DNA of 64,000 bases from the human T2T-CHM13v2.0 reference genome, Homo sapiens. Both the position numbers and the translations under genes were made by a program. Shown one piece after another: positions 13,380 to 28,469 of this stretch. Location: the NCBI RefSeq assembly GCF_009914755.1, contig NC_060929.1, one strand, 5' to 3'. The notes under the pieces are model-generated. The model made no database searches, was not told the DNA's origin, and saw only the letters and a list, made by a program, of their open reading frames with translations. Positions within the stretch are counted from its first letter, which is position 1; each line of letters opens with the position of its first letter.

Positions 13380-16000
13380 TTAAACCTTTATAATTCATTT
13401 AATGTCTTTAGCCATATCCCCTCTATTATTTCTGAATCAGTCATTTATATTTTCTCTTTTATTCTTTATTGATACACAAAGATGGATCAATTTTCTTATT
13501 CAATTCAAAGCATCAATTTTTATTTTATTGACATTTCTATATTTTTTCTCTTTCATTGACTTTAATTTTATTATTATATTTTCTTTTCATCTACTTACAT
13601 TAGACATAATTTGGTCTTATATTTTGGGTTTCTGAGGAGAGCAACTTAGATTATAATATTAGACCTTTTTTTTCCAGTATAATAATTCAAAGCTAAAATT
13701 GTATAGCAAACCACTATACTCCACAATTATTAATAAGTTGCCTTTTAATTTTATTTAGTTCAAAGTATTTTAAAATGTCCCATGCTATTTCTTTTATTTT
13801 ATATTTTATTTGGAAGTATGTTAACATCCCAATACTAGAGATTTTCCAAATATCTTTATGAAATGAATTTCATTATTATAAGAGAACATGTTGTATGCAA
13901 GATCAAACTTTTGTATTGAAACTCACCTGATTACTAATTATTATCTCTCTTGGTGAATGTACCATGTGCACTTGAAAATAATATTTGTTCTGCAGTTGTT
14001 GCATGTTCTATAAATGTCAATTAAAGCAAGTTAACTGACTATGTTAAGTCTTCTATATCATTATTACCTATAGACAATGAATTACTGAGGAGTGTTTAAT
14101 ATCCCCACCTAAAATTGTAAATTTGTCTGTTGTATTTTCAATTCGGTCATTTTTTTTAACTTTATATATTTAGAAACTCTGTTACAAATGTTATAAACAT
14201 TTAGGATTATTATATCTTCTTGATAAATAATTAACCTATTATTATGAAATTTCCTTTATAATCTGTGATATTATGTTTAGAGTCTCTTTTTCCAGGCATT
14301 AATACAGCTATCCAGTTTATTATGAATAATTTTGTACTATTATATCATCTTGCTTTCTTTTTACTTTAGCCTATATTAATCTCTAAATTAAAATGAGATT
14401 CTTTTAGACAGCACAAAGTCAAATTTTCTTTTCGAAAAGCTCTTCTAATTAGAATATTTGTTTCATTTACACTTAATGTAGTGTATGGTTGGATTTTAAA
14501 GAATCATCTGGTTATTTGTTTTCTATCTGCTGATTTTCCTTTTTCCCCTATTTTTTGTTTTCTTTAGACAAAAATATTGAGTATATTGTTTTATCTCCAA
14601 TTGCCTGTTAACCTCCTACTAAATTTTAAATTTTAGTGGCTGCTCTTGGGTTAATAATGTCTGTCTTCTCTCATTATAATCTGACTTCAAATAGTAACAT
14701 AGCTCTTCCTATATAAGAACTTATACTTTCATTTATTCCCTTTTATACTTGTATAAATTGTATTTTATATTTTAGTTCTACACATGTTATATATCCAACA
14801 ATACATTATTATTTTTCCTTCAATTTTTCTTCAAATAAAATTTTTAAAAATCTCCTTCATTCTTAACTTCAAATATCCCATATTTGGAGCTATTTTTTTC
14901 CAAGATTCCATCTGGTGTTATTTTTCTTCTGCTAGAAGAACTTCCTTTAACATTTGCATAGTGCAGATTTATTGGCACTAAGTTTTCTTATAGTTTCACC
15001 AGTCATATTTGAATTGACTAAGGTTTTTCTTCAGTAGTTTTCCCCAGATAGAAAGTTTGCATGCTCAAAACTATCCAACTAAAACATTTGTTTTTGAGGA
15101 CTGTTAAGTTTGTCCTTGGCTTACACTGTCTTTTTTTCAGGATCTTGTAACTATCACTCCATTGTCATCTGTTCTTGACTATTATGGAGTGACTAGAGCC
15201 TGACGCCATTTTCCCTTTAAAAGTGACTATAGGAATTTTTTTTTAAGTTTTAAGTTCTGCAACTTAAGTAATGTATATTCCAGTGTTGACAAATGTGGGT
15301 AAATATTTCCTGGTATAGTGGATGCTCTTTGGAGGAGTTTTGTGGCATCTTTAATTTTAGAAAATGTTCCTAAATTATAATTATTTATTATAATAGTTGA
15401 ATTCCACTTCAGAAACTCCAGCTATACATATATTTAATCAAATTTGTGCTTTGTTTCTATTATTTTTTCTTAATTGTTTTAAAAAAGTATTTATTTCCAA
15501 CACATTTTGTTTACTTGTCTCATTTCCAGCTTCTGAATCTCTTATTATCCTTTCTTAATATTTTTTCAACTATGTTTTCTTCAATTTTACTTTCTTTCTG
15601 TGGCAATTTTACATTTTCTTTTTTTTTCAGAATGGAGTTCTGTGAGCTCAATTTCAGCTATCTGCTGTCTTCAAACTCATATAAGTTCTTAGATTTCTGC
15701 TTTGTATTCTTACTTTTTATAATTAATTGCTTTATATTTCACTAAAAAAACCCCTGTGATTTCAATTGTCCTTTCTTACATGACATTTATGTGGTGAGCA
15801 GTTTCTTGTCTGTTACTAATCATGTTCTTCTGCTTTCTTTATTCATATGACACTCTTATATTGATATTTAATTGGCTCCTCTCAATTATTCATTATTGAA
15901 AGGACTGGGTTTCCTAGAGAAGCTATTTCTTGCAGAGTCTTGTGATAGAGTAAGGGGCAAGGAAGTATTTCAGGCTAATTGGTGTTCATAAGCAAAGGAC
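13380..16000 (-). mobile_element. Highly diverged L1M/HAL1-type remnants
   Basis: T-rich antisense L1 motifs such as ttggtgaatgtaccatgtgcacttgaaaataat and agaagaacttcctttaacattt. Confidence 0.65.
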
Positions 16001-16864
16001 CTCTTCTTTCCAGCTGCTGAACAGATAGGTTGCAGTCTAAAAATATGGCTTGCTTATGTCATTCTTTGTATAGTATGAACCTCTATGCATTTGTAAAATA
16101 TAACAGCTCTAGGGATCCACTTCCTATATCCATTTTGTAGACACAACACATAGCTTTTACACTGTGCTGCTTCACCTTCAGGGAATATAGTCTTGTTAAT
16201 TCGTTAGAGACCTGTTAGCACTGGTCTTTCTCCGCAGCTGCTCTCTGCTTCCTACCATACATCTCCTGTAGAAACTCGACTTGGAATCCATCTCTAGTTT
16301 TGCCAACCTTTGAATCTGCATATTTTTTTCTAAATTACTAGGAACATAAGGGGGAAAGGCTGATTTTAAGCTGTCATGTATAGATTAGAATTATGCCTTT
16401 TAAAATTTTTGTTACCATGGGATCTTATTATATTACAAAATAATTAAGAACAATTTAAAATCTGAAAAACTGCTGAAATTCCGCAGTGTATTTTTGCTGA
16501 TTCTTTCATCTTTTGACCTTTCATCATATGCTTGTTTAAAAAAATGTCTGAATTATGTCACCAAATGTAGTGGTATCAAAGTGCCAGCAGCTCACAGAAC
16601 TAATTATGAAATCTTAAGACTGAAGTCAAAAGTTCTGTACTATCACCAGCATTGCAGGTTGTCTTCTTGTATTGTACTATTTTTTTCAGGCACATTTCAG
16701 GATGGGATGTTACTGTAAAGTTGTTAGTGAGTTTTTCCTTTTTGTTTTCAAAATCCCCACAGCACATTTATATCCATTTGAGTATTACACAACGGCTGCT
16801 GAATGCCAAATGTTTCAGAAGCCTTATTTTTTATTTTAGAAATGTTTGAAGATGGGGCTATGGG

Positions 16865-17139
16865 AGACTGGTTTGGTTTGGGTAGTGAGGGCTTTCTCCC
16901 AGGCTTGCAAAGGGAAGACCACCTTATTGCTGTGTCCTCACAGGGCAAAGACAGAGGAAGAAGGCAAGCTGTGTGGTGTCTCTTCTTATAAGGGCACTAA
17001 TCCCAGCTTGGGGGCTCCAGCCTCACTGCCTCACCTAAACTTAATTACTTCCCAATGGCCCCAGCTCCAAATACAATCATAGTAGGAGTAAGGGCTTCAA
17101 CATATAAATTTAGGGTGAAACACAATTCAGTCCACAGCA
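16865..17139 (-). mobile_element. Partial MLT1A-like LTR
   Basis: gtgagggctttctcccaggcttgca...tcttataagggcactaatccc...aattcagtccacagca. Confidence 0.75.
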
Positions 17140-18751
17140 CATAATGAGGTAGAGAGTCTGTGGACATCACTTCATAAAACAGATTGGCTAAAAGAAATAC
17201 ATTTGAGAGTTCCTAGTTCAAAGCTCCTATGTGGGAACAATTTGTTAACTAATGTAAATTCTAATTCTTATGAACCAAATCTGCATAATTTGAAGGCATT
17301 TGAAAAATATCTATATTAACATGCTTTAAGTCTTATAATAATCCTTTATCTTTTCTCCTTCTTTCCACATATGCATATTCATATATCCCCTCTGAAAACA
17401 TATTTCCCATTGAAGTCATATTTCAAATTCAAGTTTGTCTTTGTGCATCAGATTTAAAAGATACATCAGTGACTGGGTCATAGATTTGGAATGGCAATTG
17501 CATGCATCTCATTTCCACGATGATTAACAGAGTCCAGTTCCCAGCCCATTAAATATAACTTACATTCAGCTGCGGAAACCAGAGCTACATTTCAGTTAAC
17601 TGTAGTTCTGCCAGAAAGAACATAAATGTGGTAGTCCCTAGTAAGACTTGACTAGTTAAAACACTTGATAATACTACTTTTTCTTACTTTTCTCATATCT
17701 ACCCTACCACCTTCTCACTGTGCACATTAGCCTCTTCAGTTAACATGCTATGCCGTGAGCCTCAAAGGTTGATAACCAAGATAAAATATGGCCATGGCCT
17801 TCATTTCCCTGCAAGTTGACTTAGTGTAGATTCTTTGTCCACCAGCTTTTCCCTGTTTAATTACTAAGTGGCAAGACATTTAGGTGGTTTTGTTTTCCAT
17901 TTGAAAGTTATCGTGATTCATAAGAAATGATGAAATACTCCTTTGGGCCAGGATAAGGGGAACTCATAATTTTTACATAGTCCATCCAAGTTTACCACAA
18001 TAATAAGGAAATTATTTCTGGTTGTAATTGGTGATGCCAGAGGCATAAATTTGAACTAGAAACCTGATTTCCTTTGGAGAAAAAAAAAAAAAAAGATTGA
18101 TTTTGGGTGGGAGAGGGAAGGGAGAATGCAGGAAGGTAATTAGAGGTTCTTAACTGAGTGAAATGATACAGTACTGGAGAGGTTTGTTTATCTAACTAGA
18201 TTCCAAAGGTTGAAACTCCACATACTTCTAAACTTTAAAGCTTCAAATTCAGCATATTTTCAAAGCAGCCCAGAGGCATTAAAAATGTTTCATATCTATC
18301 CAGTTTAATGATCTCAGTATACACCTAATGTTTTACAGGGAAATGTCATGTAACTTATTGCACAATAACAATAACTTTGTGAAGTAACTTGTTCCCATTT
18401 TATAACTAAGCTCAAAGATGTAAAGAGGGCAATTACAGATTTCTACATGGATCATGTGATCAACTCCAATTCCTGATAACTGTATCTTACTCACTTGCCT
18501 GATTTTCTGTTCACTCATTCTTGTTTTTACCATGATTCCCATTCAATTACTCCTGCTTAGCTCACATAGAGATGTTAGAAATAATGTATTCCAAACCTCA
18601 TTTATGTTATAAATGATGAAACTAAACTCCAATGTTATACTTAATGGCCTAAGGGTACACAACCAGTTAGTAACAGATTTGAGAACAAAACACAGGAGTG
18701 ACATGATGCCTGGTTCAGTAGTGTCTTCCACTGTGTGTTTGTCTCTCTTTC

Positions 18752-18755
18752 TGTG

Positions 18756-18799
<44 letters not shown>
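18752..18799. repeat. (TG)n microsatellite
   Basis: About 24 TG units with one CG interruption. Confidence 0.97.
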
Positions 18800-18801
<2 letters not shown>

Positions 18802-19144
18802 CATCTTGGTCAATTGAGAGACCATCCTGGGAAGATAATAAAGAATGATCCACTTCATTGTGCAATTACTCTGTACAATAAGTAAAAATATTTCTTGAAA
18901 TCTATAAACAAGAAATCATTTTTTCCCACTTCAATTCTCTACTTTCTTCGGGTAAAATCTTGTTTATGGTTTTTGGATTTTGAATAAGAATCTTACTTGT
19001 TCTTATCAGGAGTGGTTCAATTTATGAGAAGTTTCTGTCTTTATGCAGGCTTCATTCTACTGAAAAGTCAACGGGTCCTGACGGTGACAGTTTTGCAACA
19101 TAAAGGGTGCATTCTTCAGCCTCCATTTTTAAAAGATTTATCAT

Positions 19145-19561
19145 TGATATGGTTTGAATATGTGTCCCCACCCAAATCTCATGTTGAATTGTAATTCCCA
19201 GTGTTGGAGGTGGGGACTGGTGGCAGGTGATTGGATCATGGGAGTGGTTTCTCATGAATGGGTTAGCACCATCCCCTTGGTGTTGCTCTCATGAAAATGA
19301 GTGAGTTCTCTTGAGATCTGGTTGTTTAAAAGTGTGCAGCACCTTCCCACTGTCTCTCTCGCTCCTTCTCCTGCTATGAGGAGTATTGCTTTGCCTTCCC
19401 TTTCTTCCATGATTGGAAACTTCCTGAGGACTCCCCAGAAGCAGAAGCTGCCATACTTCCTGTAAAGCCTGCAGAACTATGAGCCAATTAAACCTTTTTT
19501 TCTTTATAAATTACCCAGTCTCAGGTATTTCTTTACAGTAGTGTGAGAACTGACGAATACA
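19145..19561 (+). mobile_element. MSTA/MSTB MaLR solo LTR
   Basis: tgatatggtttgaatatgtgtccccacccaaatctcatgttg...gagaactgacgaataca; near-TSD atcat/gtcat. Confidence 0.92.
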
Positions 19562-20759
19562 GTCATGAACTACTCAAAATAGGAAGCTGAATTTTTTAGA
19601 GCAGTGCTCAAAAGTGAAGGGAAAATTTCTCCTTAGGATGTGTGTATTTTATATTTCTCTTAAGATTTCTTCCTGTTTCATTTTCAACTCAACAAAATAC
19701 TGCCTAATTTATATGGTGTGTCAAAGTGGGCTGGTGGTGATGATCTGTCCTGCATATAGATAAGAAGGCAATGCATTATTTGTAGAGAATATAAACAATA
19801 ATAAAATTGCCTATGATCAGTATGATTTGTATTAACACCATGAACTGGCAATTTGGAACAATTACAGTGATAAAATACACCCCTGTACTAGGGTGAGCAA
19901 TTTCTGCTATTTGTGCTCCCCTCAATACACCACTGCCTAAGAAATAATTCATCAGTTTTTATGTAGATGCACCTCAACCATTTTAGTTACATGAAGCTTG
20001 TTTTTGTCTAGCAAATTCATGGGAAAGTCTCCTGGAAATAGTATTCTCTGAGTTCTTCCACTTTCAAACATGTTTGTTTTCATGGCCTTCTAATTAAAGA
20101 TAAGTTTGGCTAGGTATAAAAATCTTTTACTCACATTTTTTCGCATATTATTACTTTATGGAATAGAGAGTTGCTGTTAGAACCTTATGATAATCTGAAC
20201 ATCTTAGACGTTTTTGCTTGGATACACAATGATTTTTATTTTTTCGATGTCTGTAATTTTTATTTTTATGTTTTTCAAGTAATACATTAGTTTTTGAGCA
20301 GTTTTAAGCTAACAGAAAAATTGAGAGGAAAGTACAGAGAACGCCCGTCTACCCTTTCACAGACTCCCTCCTTATTTTCTGTTTTGTTAACATCTTGCAG
20401 TGTTACAGTTGTTATAATTGAACAAATATTGATAAATTATTTTCACACTAAAGACTGTAGCTCACATTAGACTTCACTCTTGATGGGTTTGTCCATACCA
20501 AAAGCATACATCAACCACTGCAGCATCATATAAAAGAGTGTCTCTGTCCTAATAACCCTCTGTGCTCTGTGTATTCATCCCTCTCTCCCCTCTAACTCCC
20601 GGAAAAATTGATTATGACAACCACTGATCTTTTTGCTGTGTCCATAGTTTTGCCTTTTTCAGAATGTCATGTAGTTGGAATCATTCAGTATGTAGCCTTT
20701 TCAGATTGACTTCTTTCATTTAGCATTATGCATTTAAGTTTTCTCCATGTCTTTCCTGC

Positions 20760-21189
20760 TGTGGAGACTAAAGTAACTTCATCTTGAATGCTAATCAGCT
20801 GTGTTAAACTCTGACTAGCCCCAGTCCCATGAATGCCGCCTGATTCCTACTTTATTTACTGTGCTAGTGTAAGAACAAAGTAACCTCGAATTTACTGCAA
20901 AATTATAGGCCATGACAAACATAGTATTCTTGCCTGTTCTGGAGAGTGCCTTTAATTGTCATGCTAGAGTACATATATCCTTTCCTTATGGTATATAAGC
21001 CCTGGGTCTGGGAAGTAACAGTGCAGAGATCTACTTGTCTTACGGCTCCTCTATACCATGCTTCTGCCTGCAATTTCACTTAATAAATCAACCAATACCA
21101 AACAACTGGATTCATCTGCCTTCTTCTTTGGTATCTTGGCACCTTTGGCATTAGGGGTCACTTTGCATATATGGTCCTTTCCTGTTACA
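20760..21189 (+). mobile_element. Solo LTR (LTR47/MER72-like) nested in L1
   Basis: Starts tgtggagactaaagtaacttcatcttg; TATA-like gtatataagc near 20992, aataaa near 21082, ends in ...ca. Family name from memory. Confidence 0.65.
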
Positions 21190-21691
21190 CATATCTTCAT
21201 CTTTCATTTCTTTTTGTGATAGATATATTCCATTGTCTGGTTGTATTACAGATTATGTATCCATTCACTGACTGAAAGATATCTTGGTTTTATCCAGGTT
21301 CAGGCAAATATGAGTAAAGCTGCTGTAAATATTTGTGTGCAGACGTTTGTGTGGACGTAAGTTTTTAACTGATTTGCATAAATACAAAAAAAGCTCACTT
21401 GTTGGATCAAATGATAAGATGTTTACTTTTGTAAGAAATTGCCAAACTTTCTTCCAAATTAGCTATACCATTTTGCATTCCCACCAACAATGAAACAGAG
21501 CTCCTGTCGTTACACATCATCACCAGCAGTTCAGGTTGTCAGTGTTTTGGATTTTGACCATTCCAATAGGTTCACTGTGGTATTTCATTGTTGTTTTGGT
21601 TTGCAATTCCCTAATGACACATGGCCTTGAGCATCTTCTCATATGCTTGCTAGAGATTTATATAATTTCTTTGGCAAGGTTTTTGTTCAGA

Positions 21692-21966
21692 TTTTTTTTT
21701 TTTTTGATAGAGTCTCACTCTGTCACCAGGCTGCAGTGCAGTTGGCAAGATCTCGGCTCACTGCAATCTCTGCCTCCCAGCCCTCAGCCTCTCAAGTAGC
21801 TGGGATTACAGGTGCATGCCACCACACCCAGATAATTTTTGAATTTTTAGGAGAGACGTGATTTCACCATGTTGGCCAATATGGTCTGAATCTCCTGACC
21901 TCGTGATCTGCCCCCCTCAGCCTCCCAAAGTGCTGGGATTACAGAAGTGAGCCACTGCCCCCAGCC
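21692..21966 (-). mobile_element. AluSc-like with small internal deletion
   Basis: ctctgtcaccaggctg, acctcgtgatc, cctcccaaagtgctgggattaca. Confidence 0.93.
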
Positions 21967-22646
21967 CAGATCTTTTGTCTGTTTAAAGTTGGTTTTTTTT
22001 CTTATTGTTTATTTTTAAGATTTCTTTGTATATTTTGTATAACTCTCCTTTATCAGATATGTGTTTTGCAAAGATCTTCTCTGAGTCTGTGGCTTGTCTT
22101 TTTATTATCTTAAGGGTATCTTTTTTGGAACAGAAGTTTTAATTTTAATGAAGTCTAACTTGTCAATTTCTCATTCATGGTTTGAGCTTTTTACGTTGTA
22201 TCTGAAAATGCAGTAGCAAACCCAAGGTCACAGATTTTTTCCATATTATCATCTAGAAGCTTTTTAGCTTTGCATTTTACATTTGAGTATTTGAAGAATT
22301 TTGAGTTATTTTTGTGAAAGGTATAACATCTGTGTCTATATTTTTTATTTTGCATGTGGATATTCTGTTTTTCTGGCATCACTTGTTGAAAAAAATCCTC
22401 ATTTCTTCATTGAATTGCCTGTACTCTATTGTCTATGATGAGTTAACTGTATTTGTGTGATTTCATTTCTGGGCTCTTTGTTCTCTTCTATTGATCTGTT
22501 TGCCTGTTGTTTCACTAATATCATTCTGTCTTGATTTTTGCAGATTTATAGTAGGTTTTAAAATTGAGTAATGTCAATTCTTTCCTTTTGTTTTTCTTCA
22601 ATATGGGGTAAGCTATTCTAGGTCTTTTATTTCCACATAAACTTTA

Positions 22647-22938
<292 letters not shown>

Positions 22939-23380
22939 TACTCCATATAAACTTTAGAATTAGCTTCTCTATAGTCACAAAATACCTTGCTGAAATTTGT
23001 ATGGGGATTGCCTTGAGTCTGCCTTCCTGTAGTTGGGAAGAACTGATAATGACAAAATTGAGTCTTCCTGGCCATGTACAGAAATATATCTCCCTATTTA
23101 TTTGTATCTTCAATTTTTTTAAAATGTCTAATTATTTTACTTTCAAAAGTTTCAGAATATTTTAGTTATACAGTCTGTATTTTAAATATTCAGATTATTT
23201 AGTGCTTATTTTTGTTATTTTAAGAAAATTTCACTGAGCAATAGTTTTAGTATGAGTCTGTTCTAATGTTTTGGTTTTATCTTTTGGGGACTTTTATTAA
23301 ATATATATTAGATTATTTTGTCAGTCTTCCATAGTATCGCTTTATCTTGAATACATTTTTATACCTCTCATTTATTTTTA

Positions 23381-23689
<309 letters not shown>

Positions 23690-24799
23690 TCCTCTCATTT
23701 ATTTTTAAACTTTAAAAATTATTCTTTCTATCTCAGGTAACTATTGAAACAGTGTCCATTATGTTTATTTGCTCCTGTATTATGTTTTTTCTAGCTTTTT
23801 CTTGACTTCTTAAAATTTTGTTCTTTCCTTTTTTTCTTTATTTGTGTACCCCCTCTTTTCAAGTCATCATTTAGACCAATGATCTCATTTTTAATTTGTA
23901 AAAATAATTCTGATTTGTGTGATTTTCTCTTGGCTCTCATCTTCTTAATATCAATTGCTCATTTAAAAATTTAGGTTACCATTTTTAATATTATGTGAGT
24001 TTCTTTTGTAAAAGTGTTTTCATTTTGATATGTTACACCTAGTGTTTGTATATAGATTCTGATTGTAATACTTTTCTTAAAAATTTTAAGTGAAATAAAT
24101 TTTTCTGTACCTTTAGAAACATGGGAAGGGGCAAGACAATTTTTTTATCTCTGTTGCTCTAAAATCCTCTTCTATAGTTTTCATTAAATGATCAAAAACA
24201 GAAAAAAAAATTCTCCCTGCTTCCTGAGATCTGCCTTCTCTGCATCCTTTCTCACTTTTGTCTTCATCTTGTATTTCCTTTATTCTGGATATTTCACATC
24301 ATTCTCCTTTCAGTGTTGAGCACTATTCTGGAAGAAAGCTTCAGACTGTGAGTTTCAAAAGTGCACAGAGCACAGCGGGCTTTCTAAACTTACTAGGATC
24401 CCCTTCCATTCCATTTGCCAGCTGGATTCTCATGACCCCCAGCCATTATTGTGAGCCAGTTCTCAGAGATGTCCGTGCACACTTAGCAAAAGAGGGCTTC
24501 TCTTCTCACACCCATTAGACACCTCATGTTCACAGCACGTAGGGCTTGTAACTGCCGTGCTCTGCCCTGCCTACTCACATATTGTCATCAAGTTTTGTCA
24601 GAGATACTGTCTTTTGAGTTTTTGGTTTTGCTATATTCCTTGCAATGCCTATTTTAATTTTAAGAAGTTTCAGAAACTGCCACCCTTGCCACCATCTTCC
24701 CGGTATTCATCTATATACTACAATATTTTCCAAATGCTAATGGCTCAAACTGGATTGCCCCTCTCACTAATTTGCACTCTTTTCTCAGGATACAACATT

Positions 24800-25550
24800 T
24801 GTTCATTCACTCATTCAATGAATATTTCTTGAGTGTCAGGCATTTTTAGCCACAGTAGATGTAGAAGAAAGCAAGATTTGTAAAGCTTACATTCTCACTG
24901 TCAAGAAAATAATTAAGCACCAACATAATATGTCAGATAGTGATAAAAACTATGAAGAAAACTATAAAATTGGGAATTCGGAATTAAGAATACAGGAAGA
25001 AAGGAAGCTTCTTATTTCAAATTGAACATGCAGGATAGACATCTTTAAAGTTTTACATGTAAACAGGGGCTTGAAAAAAATAAAAGAATGAGTCCTGTGG
25101 CAACTTGGGTGCATAGTGAATATAAATTCCAGAATGAAAAAAAAAGCAATCCCAAAGTCCTCAGGGCTGTTGCATTCTTGAGGTGCAGTGAAACTGCAAA
25201 AACTCCAGTGTGGATGAAGAGGAGCGTGCGAGAATCAGAGTGGTGGGAGAAAAGCCCATAGATGCCATCTGTAAACTAGGCAGGGTCTCATGAGTCACTG
25301 CAAAGATTTGGGATCCTTTTCTGAAGGAGGTGGGAAGCTACTGTACAAATTTCCTGGATTCCAAACAGGATTTGGTTTATGTATTAAAAAAAAAAATTGT
25401 CAGTTTTGAAGACTACATTTTAATAAGCAAGGGCAGAAGCGACGTGGAACAGGGAGGCCAGTTACCAATCTACAGCAATAATCTGGAGATGATAAAGCTT
25501 AGAGGAAGGTAGAAGGTGATTACAGAAGAGATAGCAAGTGGCAAGACAAA
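24800..25550 (-). mobile_element. L2 element 3' portion
   Basis: ttcattcactcattcaatgaatatttcttgagtg L2 tail, followed by L2-like body (gggaggccagttacc...taatctggagatgat). Confidence 0.75.
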
Positions 25551-25594
25551 ATATGTTTTTAAACTAGCTAGCTAAGGTTTAAGACAATGATCTT

Positions 25595-27858
25595 TGATAT
25601 TGTTTGGCTGTTTCCACACCCAAATCTCATCTTGCATTGTAGCTCCCACAATTTCCATGTGTCATGGGTGGAACACAGTGGGAGATAATTGAATCATGGG
25701 GGCATGTCTTTCTCATGGTATTCTCATGAGAGTGAATAAGTCTCTTGAGATCTGATGGTTTATAAAGGGAAGTTTCCCTGCACAAGTTCTCTTCTCTTGT
25801 GTGCCGCCATAGGAGACGTGGTTTTCACCTTCTGCCATGACCGTGAGACCTCTCCAACCATGTGGAACTGTAAATCCAATAAACCTCTTTCTTTTGTAAA
25901 TTGCCCGTTTTTGGGTACGTATCAGCAGAGTGAAAACAAACTAATACAATAAATTGGTACCAGGGGTGAAGTACCACTGAAAAGATACCCAAACATGTAG
26001 AAGCAACTTTGGAACTAGGTAACAGGCAGAGATTGGAACAGTTTGGGTGGCTCAGAAGAAGAGAGAAAAATGTGGGAAAGTTTGGAACTTCCTAGAAACC
26101 TGTTGAATGGATTTGCACAAAATGCTGATAGTGATATTGACATAAAGTCCAGGCTGAAATGGTCTCAGATGGAAATGAGGAACTTGTTAGGAACTGGAGC
26201 AAAGATGACTCTTGTTATGTTTCAGCAAAGAGACTGGCAGCATTTTGTCCCACCCTGGAGATTTGTGGAACTTTGAACTTGAGAGAGATAACTTAGGGTA
26301 TCTGGTAGAAGAAATTTTGAAGCAGCAAAGCATTCAAGATGTGACCTGGGTGCTGTTAAAGGCATTCAGATTTATGAGGGAAGCAAAGCATAAAAGTCCA
26401 AAAAATTTGAAGCCTGATAATCCAATATAAAATAAAATCAAATTTTTTTGAAGAGAAATTCAAGCCAGCTGCAGAAATTTGAATAAGTAATGAGGAGCTG
26501 AATGTTAATCCCCAAGACAATGAGGAAAATATCTCCAGGGCATGTCAGAGGTCTTCACGGCAGCCCCTCCCATCACAGGCCCAGAGGCCTAGGAGGAAAA
26601 AATGGTTTGATGGGCCTGGGCTCAGGGTCCCTTTGCTGTGTGTAGCCTGGAGATGTGGTGCCCTGCATCCCAACCACCCCAGCCATGGCTGAAAGGAGCT
26701 AATGTAGAGCTGGGGCCATGGCTTCAGAGAGTGCAAGCCCCAAGCCTTGGCAACTTCCATGTGTGGACTTCCGCGGGTGGATAGAAGTCAAGAATTAAGG
26801 TTTGGAAAACTCTGCCTAGATTTCAGAGGATGTTTGGAAATGCCTGGATATCCAGGCAGAAGTTTACTGCAGGGTAGGGCACTCCTGGAGAACCTCTGCT
26901 AAGGCAGTGCAGAATGAAAATGAAGCCCCCAAACAGAGTCCTGAGTGGGGAGCTGTCTAGTGGAACTGTGAGAACAGGGCCAATATCCTCCAGACATCAG
27001 AATGGTAGAGGCACTTACAGCTTGCACTGTGTGCCTGGAAAAGCTGCATACACTGAATGCCAGCCCGTGAAAGCAGCCAGGAGGGAGATTGTACCCTGCA
27101 AAGCCACTGGGGTAAAGCCGCCCAAAACCATGGGAACCTGCGTCTTCCACCAGCATGACTTGGATGTGACACATGGAGTCAAATGAGATCATTTTGGAGC
27201 TTTAAGATTTGACTGCCCCACTGGATTTTGGACTTGTGTGGGGCCTTTAGCCCCTGTGTTTTGGTTGATTTCCCTCATTTCGAATGGGCATATCTATCCA
27301 ATACCTGTACCCACATTGTATCTAGGAAGTAGATAACTTGCTTTTGATTTTACAGGCTCATAGGCAAAAGGGACTTGCCTTGGCTCAGATGACACTTTGG
27401 ACTGTCGACTTTTGAGTTAATACAGAAATGAGTTAAGACTTTGGGGCACTGTTAGGAAGACATCTTTGGTTTTGAAATGTGAGGATATGAGATTTGGGAG
27501 GTAACAGATGATATGATTTGGCTGTGTCCCCACCAAATCTCATCTTGCATTGTAGCTCCCACAATTCCCATGAAGCATGGGAGGGACCCAGTGGGAGATA
27601 ATTGAATCATAGGGCAGGTCTTTCCTGTGCTATTCTCATGATAGTGACTAAATCTGAGATCTGGTGGTTTTATAAAGGGGAGTTGCCCTGAGCAAGTTCT
27701 CTTCCATCTGCCGCCATGGAAGATGTGTCTTTAACATTCTGCCATGATTATGAGGCCTCCCCAGCCATGTGGAACTGTGAGTCTATTAAACTTCTTTTTT
27801 TGCAAATTGCCCAGTCTTGGGTATGTCTTTATCAGCAGCATGAAAACAGACTAATACA
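25595..27858 (+). mobile_element. Full-length THE1 (THE1B-like) MaLR: 5' LTR 25595-25948, internal 25949-27508, 3' LTR 27509-27858
   Basis: Two ~350 bp direct LTRs (tgatat...ctaataca); internal begins ataaattggtaccagg; perfect 5 bp TSD atctt at 25590-25594 and 27859-27863. Confidence 0.96.
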
Positions 27859-28339
27859 ATCTTCATCTGAGAAAGTAGAGCTGAATGTTGCACATTCATA
27901 CCCAAATTCCAAATAGAAATCCTCCACAGTCCATATAAGTCTCAGGCACATAATTTCCAGTCTCTGTTTTGATTCCCATTTGAAGAATTATCACTGAATC
28001 CCCCCAAAATAATAAAAAGTTACTGTTCTGTTTAACTTGGATCATTGAATATAAATGTGCAAGATAAATGAATAATTAGCCTAATAATTCTTACCATCTT
28101 ACTTTGCTCTCAAATGTTTTCATATCAGTGATGTACAGGAGCCTCTAATATTCTAACTCTCAAGAGTCTCTTTCTCCATTCCCTGATCAAGCAGGTTCTC
28201 CTTTGGCTTTTTCCTTCCACCTCTGTCTTTGCTATAAAATGGGGAAGAAGGGGAGGGTTGTACATAGCAAAGTGGTGGAAGAAAGTGAACAGAATAGCTT
28301 TTCTTTATCCAGTGGCTAGGTGTAGAGTGGGTACATTTA

Positions 28340-28437
28340 TTCCTTTCTTTTCTTTCTCCTCTCCCTTCCTCTTTCTCTCTGTCTCTCTCTTTCTCCCTTC
28401 CTTCCTTCCTTCCTTCCCTTCTTTCTTTCTTTCTTTC

Positions 28438-28469
<32 letters not shown>

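Noticed and set aside
25949-27508. THE1-internal ORFs as a functional gene
   Set aside because: Fragmented into ORFs under 100 aa by stops and frameshifts.
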